A stretch of DNA of 64,000 bases, from IMG/VR virus record IMGVR_UViG_3300035193_000030, positions 8,077 to 72,076 of that record. The stretch is one strand, 5' to 3'. Below are positions 51,383-60,427 of this stretch, in pieces; position 1 is the first letter of the stretch; every line of letters starts with the position of its first letter. The notes beneath the pieces are model-generated. The model saw nothing but the letters and a program-made list of their open reading frames with translations. It searched no databases and was not told the DNA's origin. The DNA is from a virus. The translations under genes and the position numbers were made by a program.

Positions 51383-51883
51383 TTAAATAATTTTAAAAGT
51401 TTTTGTTTCCATATCAGGCCATAAATATTTCCCGTTGTTAAATCCTTTATCCTCAGGCCAAAGTGGTTCGTAAAATTCAGGTTTTTTTTCTATCAATCTC
51501 GCTCGCATTGCACGATGGAAATCTTCGTTTCCCATCCACCAAAGGGGTTCTACGCATCCTTCAAGGTAATTATCTAATTGAATTGGTGAGTATGGTTTAT
51601 ATTTTGTATTTATTTTATGTTTTTTTATATTAACCAATAAGTAACAATTGAAATAATATTTTAAAGCTTCAATATCAGCCCCCCACATTTTAACAGCAGG
51701 GTGATTCTTCCATGGGAATTGTTTTAATTTAAAGGGTTCTGATAATTCTTTATAAGAATCAGATTGCATACCTATAAGAGTGTCTATGATTTGCTTTGCT
51801 TCAATAACTTGTTTCCAGCAACGTTTTTTGTCTATTGCTTGTGCTGACCGTAAAAAATCTGCGTAAGGTAAGAATGTTTGCAT
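51383..51883 (-). CDS. Pyrimidine-dimer DNA glycosylase/DenV-like protein
   Basis: MQTFLPY.DF..SA..D.KR..KQ..EA.QI, W.NHPAVKMW, FH...R..L..K.P.FY. Confidence 0.85.
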   Translation of the reverse strand: MQTFLPYADFLRSAQAIDKKRCWKQVIEAKQIIDTLIGMQSDSYKELSEPFKLKQFPWKNHPAVKMWGADIEALKYYFNCYLLVNIKKHKINTKYKPYSPIQLDNYLEGCVEPLWWMGNEDFHRAMRARLIEKKPEFYEPLWPEDKGFNNGKYLWPDMETKTFKII

Positions 51884-51902
51884 AATTTATAAATTCACGA
51901 AA

Positions 51903-51934
51903 CAAATGTATAAAAAATATTTTAAACTACCAAA
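51903..51934 (-). promoter_or_regulatory. Bacteroidota-type promoter
   Basis: TTTG-N20-TACATTTG on the minus strand, matching the -33/-7 consensus. Confidence 0.7.
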
Positions 51935-53465
51935 AACTACCAATAAATGGGCGTCCACACCGAAGGTTTTGCAATACATGAATCTGATTCCGTATATTAA
52001 AATCCCCTTCTCGAATTACAATTTCATTTATTCTCATTATCCCAATTTCTTTTTCTCGCCCGTGTGCATCTTGATTTAATCCATACATTGCTGTAACGTG
52101 CCCGTATTTTCTTTTATCTTCACTAAAATTAGTCATTCTTAACGTATCCTTTGCATAACTTTCCGCATCAGCTTGTGTTGCAGTTAAGATTAGACAATGT
52201 TTTTCCTGACCTAATCCTCTCAATTGCTTCCATATATGGTTTTGTTTATGTCTTTCCTCTTTATAACTATTATCTTCTAATAAATCAGCATAATCTATTA
52301 TAATCACATCAGGAACAAAATTATCTTGTTTTTCCCAAATTCCTAAAATTGCTCTAATTTCATTGACACCTAAAGAACCATTAACGTGAGTAGAAAGACG
52401 AAAGGATCGTTTATTCTTAATAAAAAACTTTTCTATTGCTTCTTTTGCTTCATCTTCGGTTAAAGGCTCTTTTATTTTTATTTTCTTAATAAAAGGTGTT
52501 CCCCAAGGATTTTTATTAAATTCCTTGCAATTAAAACAATTCTTATAATCTTTATTATTTTTATAAACTTCTTTCAATTCTTTCATTGTAATCTTATAAC
52601 GGTAATTTTCATCCTTATTACGAAATAAACCGAAAGAACATTCACGTTCTTCCTTATCACAATTATCCAATTGATTATGTATACAATCTATTACAGGAAT
52701 ATAAAACTCCCCTGTATATTTTTCATTATCTGACTTTCCTTTCAATGAAATGCAAATTCTTTTTAATTGTTGGTGTTCAGTCATATCACCTGCCTGGAAA
52801 AAAGCGACCTTCCTTTTTTGTGTACATGCCTTCTTAGCACATTCAAGTAACCACCAGGTTTTTCCTCTTTTTTCAGGGGCTAAAAACGCTACAAATCCAT
52901 CCCTTACAAATTGATCATTCCAAAAACGTCCTAATTCTTTTGGGAATTGTATTAATACCTCAGTTGATTTATTAAATACCTGCCCTATCTTATTCATCAC
53001 ATTTTCTTTATCTTCAAAATTAATACAATTCCCCATTTCTTTTGATAATGGACGATACCCTGATGCCATATTTTCTGCTTCATAAAGTAAACCTTGTTCG
53101 GCTAACCCTTTTATTTTGTCAGAAAAACGAATTAAATTTCTTTCATTAAAGAATTGTAATGCTTTATCCGTATAATATTCTACATTAAAATCATCATTTA
53201 CATATTCTTCTGACAAGCCAGGTAATATATCTTCTTCTATTTCTTGTATTATTTCTTTTTGCAAGCCTTTACCTGCCTTTGCGTAAAGTATAGATTCAAT
53301 TTCTCTCCCAGGAGCTTTATTGTATTTATTAAAATAATCTAAACACCAACTAGCTAATCTTTTTGCAATACTACTTTCAAATAATGCAACATCCCATTTA
53401 CCTTTTATACGTTGATTAAATTCTGTGGAAACTATTAATCCAATTACTATCTTTCGTTCTATCAT
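51927..53465 (-). CDS. DnaB-like replicative helicase with Cys-rich insertion
   Basis: APEKRGKT, IIIDYADLL, TATQA, SEDKRK. Confidence 0.85.
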   Translation of the reverse strand: MIERKIVIGLIVSTEFNQRIKGKWDVALFESSIAKRLASWCLDYFNKYNKAPGREIESILYAKAGKGLQKEIIQEIEEDILPGLSEEYVNDDFNVEYYTDKALQFFNERNLIRFSDKIKGLAEQGLLYEAENMASGYRPLSKEMGNCINFEDKENVMNKIGQVFNKSTEVLIQFPKELGRFWNDQFVRDGFVAFLAPEKRGKTWWLLECAKKACTQKRKVAFFQAGDMTEHQQLKRICISLKGKSDNEKYTGEFYIPVIDCIHNQLDNCDKEERECSFGLFRNKDENYRYKITMKELKEVYKNNKDYKNCFNCKEFNKNPWGTPFIKKIKIKEPLTEDEAKEAIEKFFIKNKRSFRLSTHVNGSLGVNEIRAILGIWEKQDNFVPDVIIIDYADLLEDNSYKEERHKQNHIWKQLRGLGQEKHCLILTATQADAESYAKDTLRMTNFSEDKRKYGHVTAMYGLNQDAHGREKEIGIMRINEIVIREGDFNIRNQIHVLQNLRCGRPFIGSFW

Positions 53466-54262
53466 ATTGCTAATGGTAATTTATTTAATATCTTCATACT
53501 AACATGTGTATAAATTTCAGTTGTTTTGCTTGAGGAATGCCCTGCAAGTTTCTGAATTATTCTTAAATCCACTCCCTGATCAGTCAAATTTGTAAAACAT
53601 GAATGTCTAAGAAGATGAAAATGATATTCTTCTCCCAAATATCGTTTAACTATTTTATTACAACTTCCGGCAGAATATTTTAAACAATTTTGCCCATTAA
53701 ACAAATATTTCTTTGGTTTATATTGTTTGTAATATTTTCTTAATAATTCCAATAAAGTAGGGGTTAATGGGACTATTCTATCTTTGTTACCCTTCGCTTG
53801 TCTTACATTTATTATCATTCTTTTACTATCAACATCCGTAATTTTTAAATTTATTACCTCTGATACTCTTAATCCTACTGAATAAGATAATGATATTATG
53901 GCTTTATGTTTTAAATTTTTTATTTGTTTTATTGTATTTAATAAATAATCTTTATTAATAACCTGTGGCAAATGTTTTTCTTTCCTTGGGCGTTTAAAAT
54001 CAATTTTGTTATATTTTTTACCCAAAACTTTTTCCCACCCAAATTTTATGGCATTTATGATTTGATTTTGCTGTGAAATGGAAGAATAATCAAAATTTAA
54101 TAAATAATTTTGTATATCATTGGCGTTTAAATGTTGAGGATATTTATTAAATGACTGTAAAAATTTTTCAAAATAATGTCTATATATTTCAATTGTTCTT
54201 TCTGAATAATTGAAATATTTTAATTTTTGAATATAAATTTTTAAAAAATTAGTATGTAACAT
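53462..54262 (-). CDS. Integron-integrase-like tyrosine recombinase
   Basis: YSERTI..Y and QIINAIKF N-domain; YSVGLRVSE, KGNKDRIVP, HLLRHS, IQKLAGHSSSKTTEIYTHV; lacks the IntI-specific insertion. Confidence 0.9.
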   Translation of the reverse strand: MLHTNFLKIYIQKLKYFNYSERTIEIYRHYFEKFLQSFNKYPQHLNANDIQNYLLNFDYSSISQQNQIINAIKFGWEKVLGKKYNKIDFKRPRKEKHLPQVINKDYLLNTIKQIKNLKHKAIISLSYSVGLRVSEVINLKITDVDSKRMIINVRQAKGNKDRIVPLTPTLLELLRKYYKQYKPKKYLFNGQNCLKYSAGSCNKIVKRYLGEEYHFHLLRHSCFTNLTDQGVDLRIIQKLAGHSSSKTTEIYTHVSMKILNKLPLAI

Positions 54263-54289
54263 ATTTAGTACAAATTAATTAGCATTACA

Positions 54290-54317
54290 ATTTTATATAT
54301 AATAGTTCAAGTCAATT
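54290..54317 (+). other. attI-like insertion site
   Basis: tatatataata-G/TTCAAGTCAATT. The 13-mer is the exact reverse complement of 54658-54670, and no hairpin arm precedes it. Confidence 0.7.
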
Positions 54318-54630
54318 ACGCTTCGCTTAGAAATTGTTTAAGTGTGCAATCACATTTATTTGAACCAGCAATACTTCCATTAAAGTTATAATACGGAACT
54401 TGCCCAGTATCTCCACACTTAAAACATTTCACACTACGCTTGACGGTAGCTTCATTTAAAATTTTTATAGCTTTTTTTAAGTTACGAATATTCCTTCCAT
54501 TCTCAATTACATGTTTGTGCCCTATTTCTTTTACAATTCTCTTATCAGACTTAGCCCATTCTTTAGAATCAGAATATTCTTTTTCTAATTCTTTAATTTT
54601 TTGTTCTAATAATTCTATTACATATTTCAT
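54316..54630 (-). CDS. Cassette 1 cargo, hypothetical protein with Cys motif
   Basis: CFKCGDTG...CDC. Confidence 0.65.
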   Translation of the reverse strand: MKYVIELLEQKIKELEKEYSDSKEWAKSDKRIVKEIGHKHVIENGRNIRNLKKAIKILNEATVKRSVKCFKCGDTGQVPYYNFNGSIAGSNKCDCTLKQFLSEA

Positions 54631-54663
54631 AATTAAAATTTTAAATTCTCACTACCTAATTGA

Positions 54664-54815
54664 CTTGAACGGGCGCGGTGTGTCCGCTCTTATCATTCTT
54701 TTCCCGAGCGAAGCGAACGTGCCTCGAACAAGGTGTAAACTGAATTTAATACTTTTCTCTTGCTCGTTCCTCACAAGCGGTATTAAACTACAGTTTCACA
54801 CCGCGCCCGTTACCA
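54664..54815 (+). repeat. attC-like site 1
   Basis: AAC-GGGCGCGGTGTG (54668-54682) ... CACACCGCGCCC-GTT (54797-54811), perfect 15-bp inverted repeat. Confidence 0.85.
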
Positions 54816-54829
54816 ACAATAAAAAATTA

Positions 54830-55207
54830 TTATCGGTGTAAGTAAACATTAGTTCTTTCGGTGTCGCCGTCTCGCTCGAACCATCCAAAATAAACCTTTT
54901 TCTTCCTGCCTAGTACGTGTGGTGCTATCCAATCAATAAATGTATTTAATTCTTCGCTCTCGTAGTTAATATCGGTATGTATGGCAAGTTCCCATCCATT
55001 TTTTACCTCTTTTACATAAGGTTTATCATACCCACCATACCCCATTGTTGCAAACATCTGGTACCATCTTTGTGTGTCAAAAAATGGATTCTTCTCGTAT
55101 GGGGCATCGTGGTTATTTTCAATACATTTATTTAGCCACTCTATCAAACTTTCGGGAGTATTCCTACCAAGGTTTATTTTTAACTTTATCTCAGTTATGT
55201 AGCTCAT
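54830..55207 (-). CDS. Cassette 2 cargo, hypothetical protein
   Basis: Body bounded by GTTACCAAC (54809) and GTTGGTAAC (55219-55227). Confidence 0.75.
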   Translation of the reverse strand: MSYITEIKLKINLGRNTPESLIEWLNKCIENNHDAPYEKNPFFDTQRWYQMFATMGYGGYDKPYVKEVKNGWELAIHTDINYESEELNTFIDWIAPHVLGRKKKVYFGWFERDGDTERTNVYLHR

Positions 55208-55220
55208 AATTTTTAAAAGT

Positions 55221-55348
55221 TGGTAACAATGTACATAGGTAATTTGCCGTGTTTCATTGTTACAGTTGTTTGTAATTCAAATTTATCTCTTTGTTGTTAC
55301 TTAATGCGTCAAGCAGGGGCAAACATACCCATGTACTCAACGTTATGG
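55221..55348 (+). repeat. attC-like site 2
   Basis: AAC-aatGTACATAGGTAATTTGCC ... GGCAAACATACCCATGTAC-tcaac-GTT. Confidence 0.85.
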
Positions 55349-55603
55349 CAAATGCGAGAGCATTATTTTACAAAGTTCATCTGCATCTAATCCATAAACG
55401 CTTATTAGTTCACTACTGTAGTATTCGTTTTTATTATATATCTGGTAAAACTTATCTTTCTCATAGTTATAGTCAATATTATCTAATGTAGGCGAAGCAC
55501 TTACCATAACACTAAATAAATTCCATAACTCAGTTTGTGCCTGTTCGGGGGTCAGTTCTCCGTTTGCAACTTTTGTAAGTAATTCTAACTGTTGTTCTTT
55601 CAT
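55343..55603 (-). CDS. Cassette 3 cargo; starts in the attC loop and stops in the GTTA core
   Basis: Body GTTATGGCAAATG (55342) / CACTTACCATAAC (55498-55510); ORF crosses the AAC junction. Confidence 0.7.
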   Translation of the reverse strand: MKEQQLELLTKVANGELTPEQAQTELWNLFSVMVSASPTLDNIDYNYEKDKFYQIYNKNEYYSSELISVYGLDADELCKIMLSHLP

Positions 55604-55634
55604 ATCGTTACGGTATTTATTATTTTCGTTGTAA
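55504..55634 (+). repeat. attC-like site 3
   Basis: AAC-actAAATAAATTCCATAAC ... GTTACGGTATTTATT-attttc-GTT. Confidence 0.7.
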
Positions 55635-55645
55635 TTAAAACGAAA

Positions 55646-55986
55646 CTACAACACATTATATAAATAATGCGCTGTAGCTCGTATCAACTTTATTCCTCTC
55701 CCACGCACCATTCTAAAGTTTCAATCTTATAACCATATAAAGCCAAATGCCTTGTTACCATATCAGCATACGGTGGCAACATAGGTACTTTACCGCTTTC
55801 AATATCTTTCCATTGGTCATCCCAAGTCTTTTTTTCAGCCTTTAGTTCGGCAATTTTGTCTTTAACTTCTTGTTCGCTTTTCATTTTATTAAGTAATGCC
55901 CACGCTCGCAAACGTGGAGGTTTATATCTCGTATGTAATGTAGTGCGTATGCGAGGGCGCACTATTCATATAATTATTAGTTAGCA
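55646..55986 (+). repeat. attC-like site 4 with an approximately 280-bp ORF-containing loop
   Basis: AAC-acATTATATAAATAATGCGC ... GCGCACTATTCATATAAT-tatta-GTT. Confidence 0.75.
55690..55962 (-). CDS. Hypothetical protein within the attC loop (start probably MKSEQEV)
   Basis: MKSEQEVKDKIAELK...IETLEWCVGEE. Confidence 0.6.
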   Translation of the reverse strand: MRPRIRTTLHTRYKPPRLRAWALLNKMKSEQEVKDKIAELKAEKKTWDDQWKDIESGKVPMLPPYADMVTRHLALYGYKIETLEWCVGEE

Positions 55987-55993
55987 ACAAACA

Positions 55994-56446
55994 CTACCAA
56001 TTCATTCTATCAGCTGTATTGCGGAAAATATCGCAAAGCTGTTCGGATATTTTAAATCGCTCCTTATTAATTTCTATTGATTTTCGAATGTCGCCATCTG
56101 CGTGCCTTTCTGTTGCGGCTTTCCAATCAAACAACATCTCCACCAAATCAAACAAATCAAATCCATTCACACCATTTTCATAATGCTCTGGGTGATGACT
56201 ATTATTTGCATAGTGGTGGTCAAGTGCTACTTTCAAGCCCTTTAAAAACTCTTTGTATTCTTCACTTCCATAAGTACATCCTTTAAGTTTGGGTGTGTAC
56301 TCATCAAACAATTCCTTTTCAGGGCTTTCAAGTTTGGAACTGTCGTGCTTTCCCGCCCTAATTAATAACTCGCTTACTGCTGTAATTAAAAGTTCATTAA
56401 CTCTTTTTATGTGCTGTAGAGTATCAGCTTTGCTATCGTACTGCAT
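55994..56446 (-). CDS. Cassette cargo, HD-like DUF5662-family protein
   Basis: HI..V, HDSSK, HHY..NSHHPEHY, EML.DW.AA..RH; body GTTAGCAAC (55980) / GTTGCTAAC (56480-56488). Confidence 0.75.
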   Translation of the reverse strand: MQYDSKADTLQHIKRVNELLITAVSELLIRAGKHDSSKLESPEKELFDEYTPKLKGCTYGSEEYKEFLKGLKVALDHHYANNSHHPEHYENGVNGFDLFDLVEMLFDWKAATERHADGDIRKSIEINKERFKISEQLCDIFRNTADRMNW

Positions 56447-56746
56447 ATAATTAAATTTTGTAATTAATAATCCGTGTCAGTTGCTAACAAGTTACATATT
56501 GCAAAAGCCATGAAACATTGTAGCACTTAATCGGTCGATTGCAGTTGGCTTTCGACAACATGTAACCGTCCCGTTATTCGCAATTCCCCCTTCCCTGCAA
56601 TCCATCTAGGAATTGCGAATAATGAACCGCGAATATATCCCTCCCACAACCGAAACTTACCTTTCCAACTCAAAGAACGCGCGTCTGGAACAGACGAATA
56701 ACTATGAATATAGATAAGTTTCATTGGCTATGAATTGGGATAAAAA

Positions 56747-56929
56747 TTATTCCATATCACGCTCAATAATCGGGCTATTATTAATCAAGTCGCTAATAAT
56801 TTCAGCGTGAAACTTTTCATCATTATCCTGCATGGCGTAAAGCCCTCGCTCTAAAACCTTGTGAAATGCTACTACCACATCTGACGATTCATATTCCTTT
56901 GATGTCTCTAAATAAGCTGTAAATTCCAT
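56747..56929 (-). CDS. Cassette cargo, hypothetical protein
   Basis: AT-rich leader and protein-like composition. Confidence 0.55.
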   Translation of the reverse strand: MEFTAYLETSKEYESSDVVVAFHKVLERGLYAMQDNDEKFHAEIISDLINNSPIIERDME

Positions 56930-57000
56930 AATTTTTATTTTAGTTTAATAATTAAAGTCGTATATCATAACCAATTAAACCTTCCCATATTCGCGGTTCA

Positions 57001-57264
57001 TTAGAATGCATTAAAGCGGTTGTTAATTATGTTGTCGTAATCTTCATCTCGCTTTGCCTCCCCGCCTATTTTATCATAAATCCATTTTTCATCTATGCCC
57101 TTAAATATCAAACACGGAGCACCTTCTTTATCTGGGTATCTGTGATGTCTGCTTTTTTTAACAGATGTAACTAAATCTATATTTATAGGGTTATTTTCAT
57201 ATCCCTCAAAATAACTCCCAACGCTCGTATTACATTTTATAAATGTTGCCATAAAATAACGCAC
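57001..57264 (-). CDS. Cassette cargo, hypothetical protein (start probably MATFIK)
   Basis: PINIDLV motif; stop lies in the degenerate ATTAG core. Confidence 0.65.
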   Translation of the reverse strand: MRYFMATFIKCNTSVGSYFEGYENNPINIDLVTSVKKSRHHRYPDKEGAPCLIFKGIDEKWIYDKIGGEAKRDEDYDNIINNRFNAF

Positions 57265-57390
57265 CCTAACAATAAATATAAAACAGTGGGTGTTAGGGTG
57301 TCTAATTAGCCCGATCTGCTTAAGTTACATTAATTCAATTTTCAAAGTTAGTGGGTAAAATCCCACCGTTTCATATTCGGAACGTTGTGC
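57264..57390 (+). repeat. attC-like site
   Basis: CCCTAAC-aataAATATAAAACAGTGGG ... CCCACCGTTTCATATT-cggaac-GTTGTGC. Confidence 0.85.
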
Positions 57391-57391
57391 T

Positions 57392-57658
57392 TCATTTGCC
57401 AACCCGCTCGAATAAATCACAAGTCAATCCATCACCGAAGCACTCGTCTTTATCACTATTTGCATCATTTCCACATCTACCAAAATCAGATGGTTCAAGT
57501 TCATCTTCGTACTCATCTTGGTAGCTTGTAAACCACTTACACCATTGGCAGGTTTTCTTCCATTCTGTTTCTTCTCTTATGTTTGTTTCCATCTTTTTTA
57601 GTTTGCATTGCTCACCCGCATTGGTTTTTTCAAAACCATTAAGATAAATACTTTTCAT
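57392..57658 (-). CDS. Small Cys-rich protein (start probably METNIREE)
   Basis: CQWCKWF...GRC...TCDLFE. Confidence 0.6.
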   Translation of the reverse strand: MKSIYLNGFEKTNAGEQCKLKKMETNIREETEWKKTCQWCKWFTSYQDEYEDELEPSDFGRCGNDANSDKDECFGDGLTCDLFERVGK

Positions 57659-58625
57659 ATCTCATTTCAGCTTTATTCCTATCCCAAACACTATCCCATA
57701 AAGGATTCCAGTTTACATAATCATATATTTCATATATTTCATCAAAATCATTTGGGAAGTCTTTATAATCACAAATTATATTTGTTGCTATTTTTACACC
57801 GATAGCTTTTAAATGCTGTGCCATACTTATAGTATAAAAAGTTGCTTCAACATTCCTATGCATGTCTCTTAAAACATCTGCATTATTACTTTGTATCGGG
57901 CAATGGAATATTTCTAACACATTGCATTTTGCAGCGTTAAGTAATTCACCTTTGCACTGTATGGCAACCTGTGGCTCAATATTTCTTATAGATATTTTCT
58001 TATTTTTTTCGATTGCTAAATTACACCAATCTTTTATTTGCTGTACTGTCGGACTATCTGCAATTAAAACAACATCGTTAAACTTCATGAACTCATTTAC
58101 AAGCCTATTGTCAATATCATATTTCTCGTGCTTTCCTCTGGTCATTTTTATAGTACAATAAGTGCAATTGAATGGACATCCTTTCCCTATTCGTAATGGA
58201 TATTTATTCCTGAAAATATTCCCTTGTTCAAGTTCCTTGTCAGTTTCCTTGAAGTCTTTTATCCAAAATGGTTTTGCAAATTCAACAAGTTTTTTATTGT
58301 TAATTTGTTGATACGTACATCGCATTTGTTCCAATCTTCCAATATCTTCAGGAAATGCTATATCGTTTCGTTGTGCCAAACAGCCAGATATAAACACATT
58401 TTTATTTGGATATTTGTCTCTAAACTTTTCAGCAGTATTGAAGTCGTTCAATATTGCAAGGTCAGTAACTTGGCATGATAAAACAATTATATTCTCAGCT
58501 TCTTTTTCATCGGTTGTAACTAATTCTATATTTGCATTAGCCCAACTTAAAGCATCAGCCCATACACTCATACAGGCAGTGCAAATAAAATAATGTTTCC
58601 CGTTTAAATTTTTAATATTTTCCAT
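57639..58625 (-). CDS. MiaB/MtaB-like radical SAM methylthiotransferase lacking TRAM
   Basis: N-domain Cys triad (TAC, LSCQV, SGCLA), GCPFNCTYC...TRG, HCPIQS....L..M.R, TNII; start taken at MENIK. Confidence 0.75.
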   Translation of the reverse strand: MENIKNLNGKHYFICTACMSVWADALSWANANIELVTTDEKEAENIIVLSCQVTDLAILNDFNTAEKFRDKYPNKNVFISGCLAQRNDIAFPEDIGRLEQMRCTYQQINNKKLVEFAKPFWIKDFKETDKELEQGNIFRNKYPLRIGKGCPFNCTYCTIKMTRGKHEKYDIDNRLVNEFMKFNDVVLIADSPTVQQIKDWCNLAIEKNKKISIRNIEPQVAIQCKGELLNAAKCNVLEIFHCPIQSNNADVLRDMHRNVEATFYTISMAQHLKAIGVKIATNIICDYKDFPNDFDEIYEIYDYVNWNPLWDSVWDRNKAEMRYEKYLS

Positions 58626-58705
58626 CCCTATTTTTTCTTTTTTTACGTTAGTACTTCGATTCATCGTTTCTGCGTATTTGTCAGCACATTTCATACCTCC
58701 GTCCG

Positions 58706-58873
58706 TTAGGCAACATAAAAATGCCACCTACCCTCATCGTCTTCTTGGTATCCCATTGCCATGAATATACATTGGTAATTATTTCTACCATTATACTGGT
58801 TCATTAAATCCAGCGCACCCCTCATTATATTAACTTTCTTTGTTGCTGGAAGTGTTTCAAACTTATTTATCAT
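58706..58873 (-). CDS. 55-aa cassette cargo (not in the ORF track)
   Basis: MINKFETLPATKKVNIMRGALDLMNQYNGR...WHFYVA; stop within GTTAGGC at 58705. Confidence 0.55.
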   Translation of the reverse strand: MINKFETLPATKKVNIMRGALDLMNQYNGRNNYQCIFMAMGYQEDDEGRWHFYVA

Positions 58874-58959
58874 CTTTCATTTTGTTGTAATTTTAAAATT
58901 TATATCTCGTATTTAAAACGACAACGAGAGTTTACCGTCAAACGTTAGCAACAATAAGG

Positions 58960-59196
58960 TCAATCCTTAATCTTGCTGTGTTCATTCCAATATTCTTCGA
59001 AGTATTCTTTGCTGCATAGTACACCCCAACTCATTCCACAAGGAGTTGTGTATATATCCATACAACTTGCCAATTTTTTAGCAACCCATTCTTGTACTTC
59101 TTCTCTATCTCTTGGTTTTTTCCTTTTCCCAAACCATTCATGTTCGTGAATTAAAATTGTCAAGTTGTAAAGTGTATTTATTTGTTCTTGCGTCAT
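58960..59196 (-). CDS. Cassette cargo, hypothetical protein
   Basis: Body GTTAGCAAC (58944) / GTTGCTAAA (59208-59216). Confidence 0.7.
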   Translation of the reverse strand: MTQEQINTLYNLTILIHEHEWFGKRKKPRDREEVQEWVAKKLASCMDIYTTPCGMSWGVLCSKEYFEEYWNEHSKIKD

Positions 59197-59209
59197 AATA
59201 AATTACTGT

Positions 59210-59303
59210 TGCTAAAAAGGTATATACGTAATACCCTATTAAGGTTTGTACTAATTTTTAAAGTTTCTGCATTGGGTACTACGTATATACCCAATCGTAG
59301 ATC
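59210..59303 (+). repeat. attC-like site with both cores mutated
   Basis: AAA-aaGGTATATACGTAATACCC ... GGGTACTACGTATATACC-caatc-GT(-)AGATCG. Confidence 0.75.
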
Positions 59304-59548
59304 GAATTAAGTTCTAAATAATGCAATGGAACTTCTCGAAAGTCTGTTCCTTCTACACCATTCCAAATTGCTTTCTGTTCTATTAATGCTCTTGGTTCTT
59401 TATATATTTTGCCAGTTTTGCCACACTCAAATATCGGATAGTAAGCAATTTTCCATTTTCCTTTGCCATCCATTTTGTATGTGTTTCCAATTTTGTGAGC
59501 TTTCCATAAAGGATGCTCTAATGATTTTTGTAATTCCATGTTTATCAA
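59279..59548 (-). CDS. Cassette cargo, hypothetical protein
   Basis: Body GTAGATCGAATTAA (59297) / TTAACTCGCTCTAAC (59549-59563). Confidence 0.65.
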   Translation of the reverse strand: MINMELQKSLEHPLWKAHKIGNTYKMDGKGKWKIAYYPIFECGKTGKIYKEPRALIEQKAIWNGVEGTDFREVPLHYLELNSIYDWVYT

Positions 59549-59967
59549 TTAACTCGCTCTAACACAAATTAGGCACAATAAATTACTGCACTTTCGGTTC
59601 TATTTTAACCCTACCGTCTGTTAATGCTTCAAATAAATTGTTAAGTTCTTCACATAGCCTAGTTACGTGAGCCGAACAAAGCATATAGGCAATATTTTGG
59701 GATAAGCTTTCTCTTAATACCATAAAAATTATTGCTTTATCAGCAGGTATATTATACACCATACCAATGTACAGAACCATCCTACGGCATAACTAAACCT
59801 TGATGGTTGTTCATTACTAAATATTGCAAGTAGAATACTTAAAATAGCGCATGCTATTACGATGTAACACGTTATTTCCATAATTTTTATTGCTTTAAAT
59901 GTTAATAATTAAATTTATATTTCAATTTTACTTTGTATTCCCAAATCCTCCCCATATTCTCTGGTTC

Positions 59968-60191
59968 GTTATAAAAACAATTAAAGCGGAATCCCTAATT
60001 TTTGTTCTTATTGTGGTCTTGTAGCAGATAAGGTACTCACTTGCGTTTTCTTGAATCTGCCCTCACACGCTAAATTTAGACTGAATGGGCTTTATCTATG
60101 GTTTTACGTCCAGTTCCGTCAACCAACCTAGTAGGCGTTCATTACGCGCGCTTGCCTACGCACCATTGTTTCCGCTTTAAAAGTTTATAAC
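59968..60191. ncRNA. ORF-less cassette with GC-rich multi-hairpin sequence (candidate structured RNA)
   Basis: Bounded by GTTATAAAAACAATTAAAGCGGAA / TTCCGCTTTAAAAGTTTATAAC; internal GCAGAT/ATCTGC and GTAGGC/GCCTAC stems. Confidence 0.4.
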
Positions 60192-60427
60192 ACAATACTA
60201 CGTATCGGGTAAAAATCAACTTTATCCGTTTGCGAAGAATAAAATTAACTATATTTTTCTAAGCATGTTTTTTAATTGTTCAACTGCCATATAATACGTT
60301 ACCCCATAAAACGCACCATCTTTTTCATAGTTTTCAAGCGCTCTTAAAGCCGTTTCCATTGCTTCTTTAATTTTTTTATTCATATCCATAATTTTTCAAA
60401 TTCCGTAAAATTACATTCCCAGGTCCG

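Noticed and set aside
53462-54262. Ordinary prophage integrase with attP marking a prophage boundary
   Set aside because: It lies mid-operon between initiator and helicase, with phage genes on both sides and no repressor or host DNA in view. Not formally excluded
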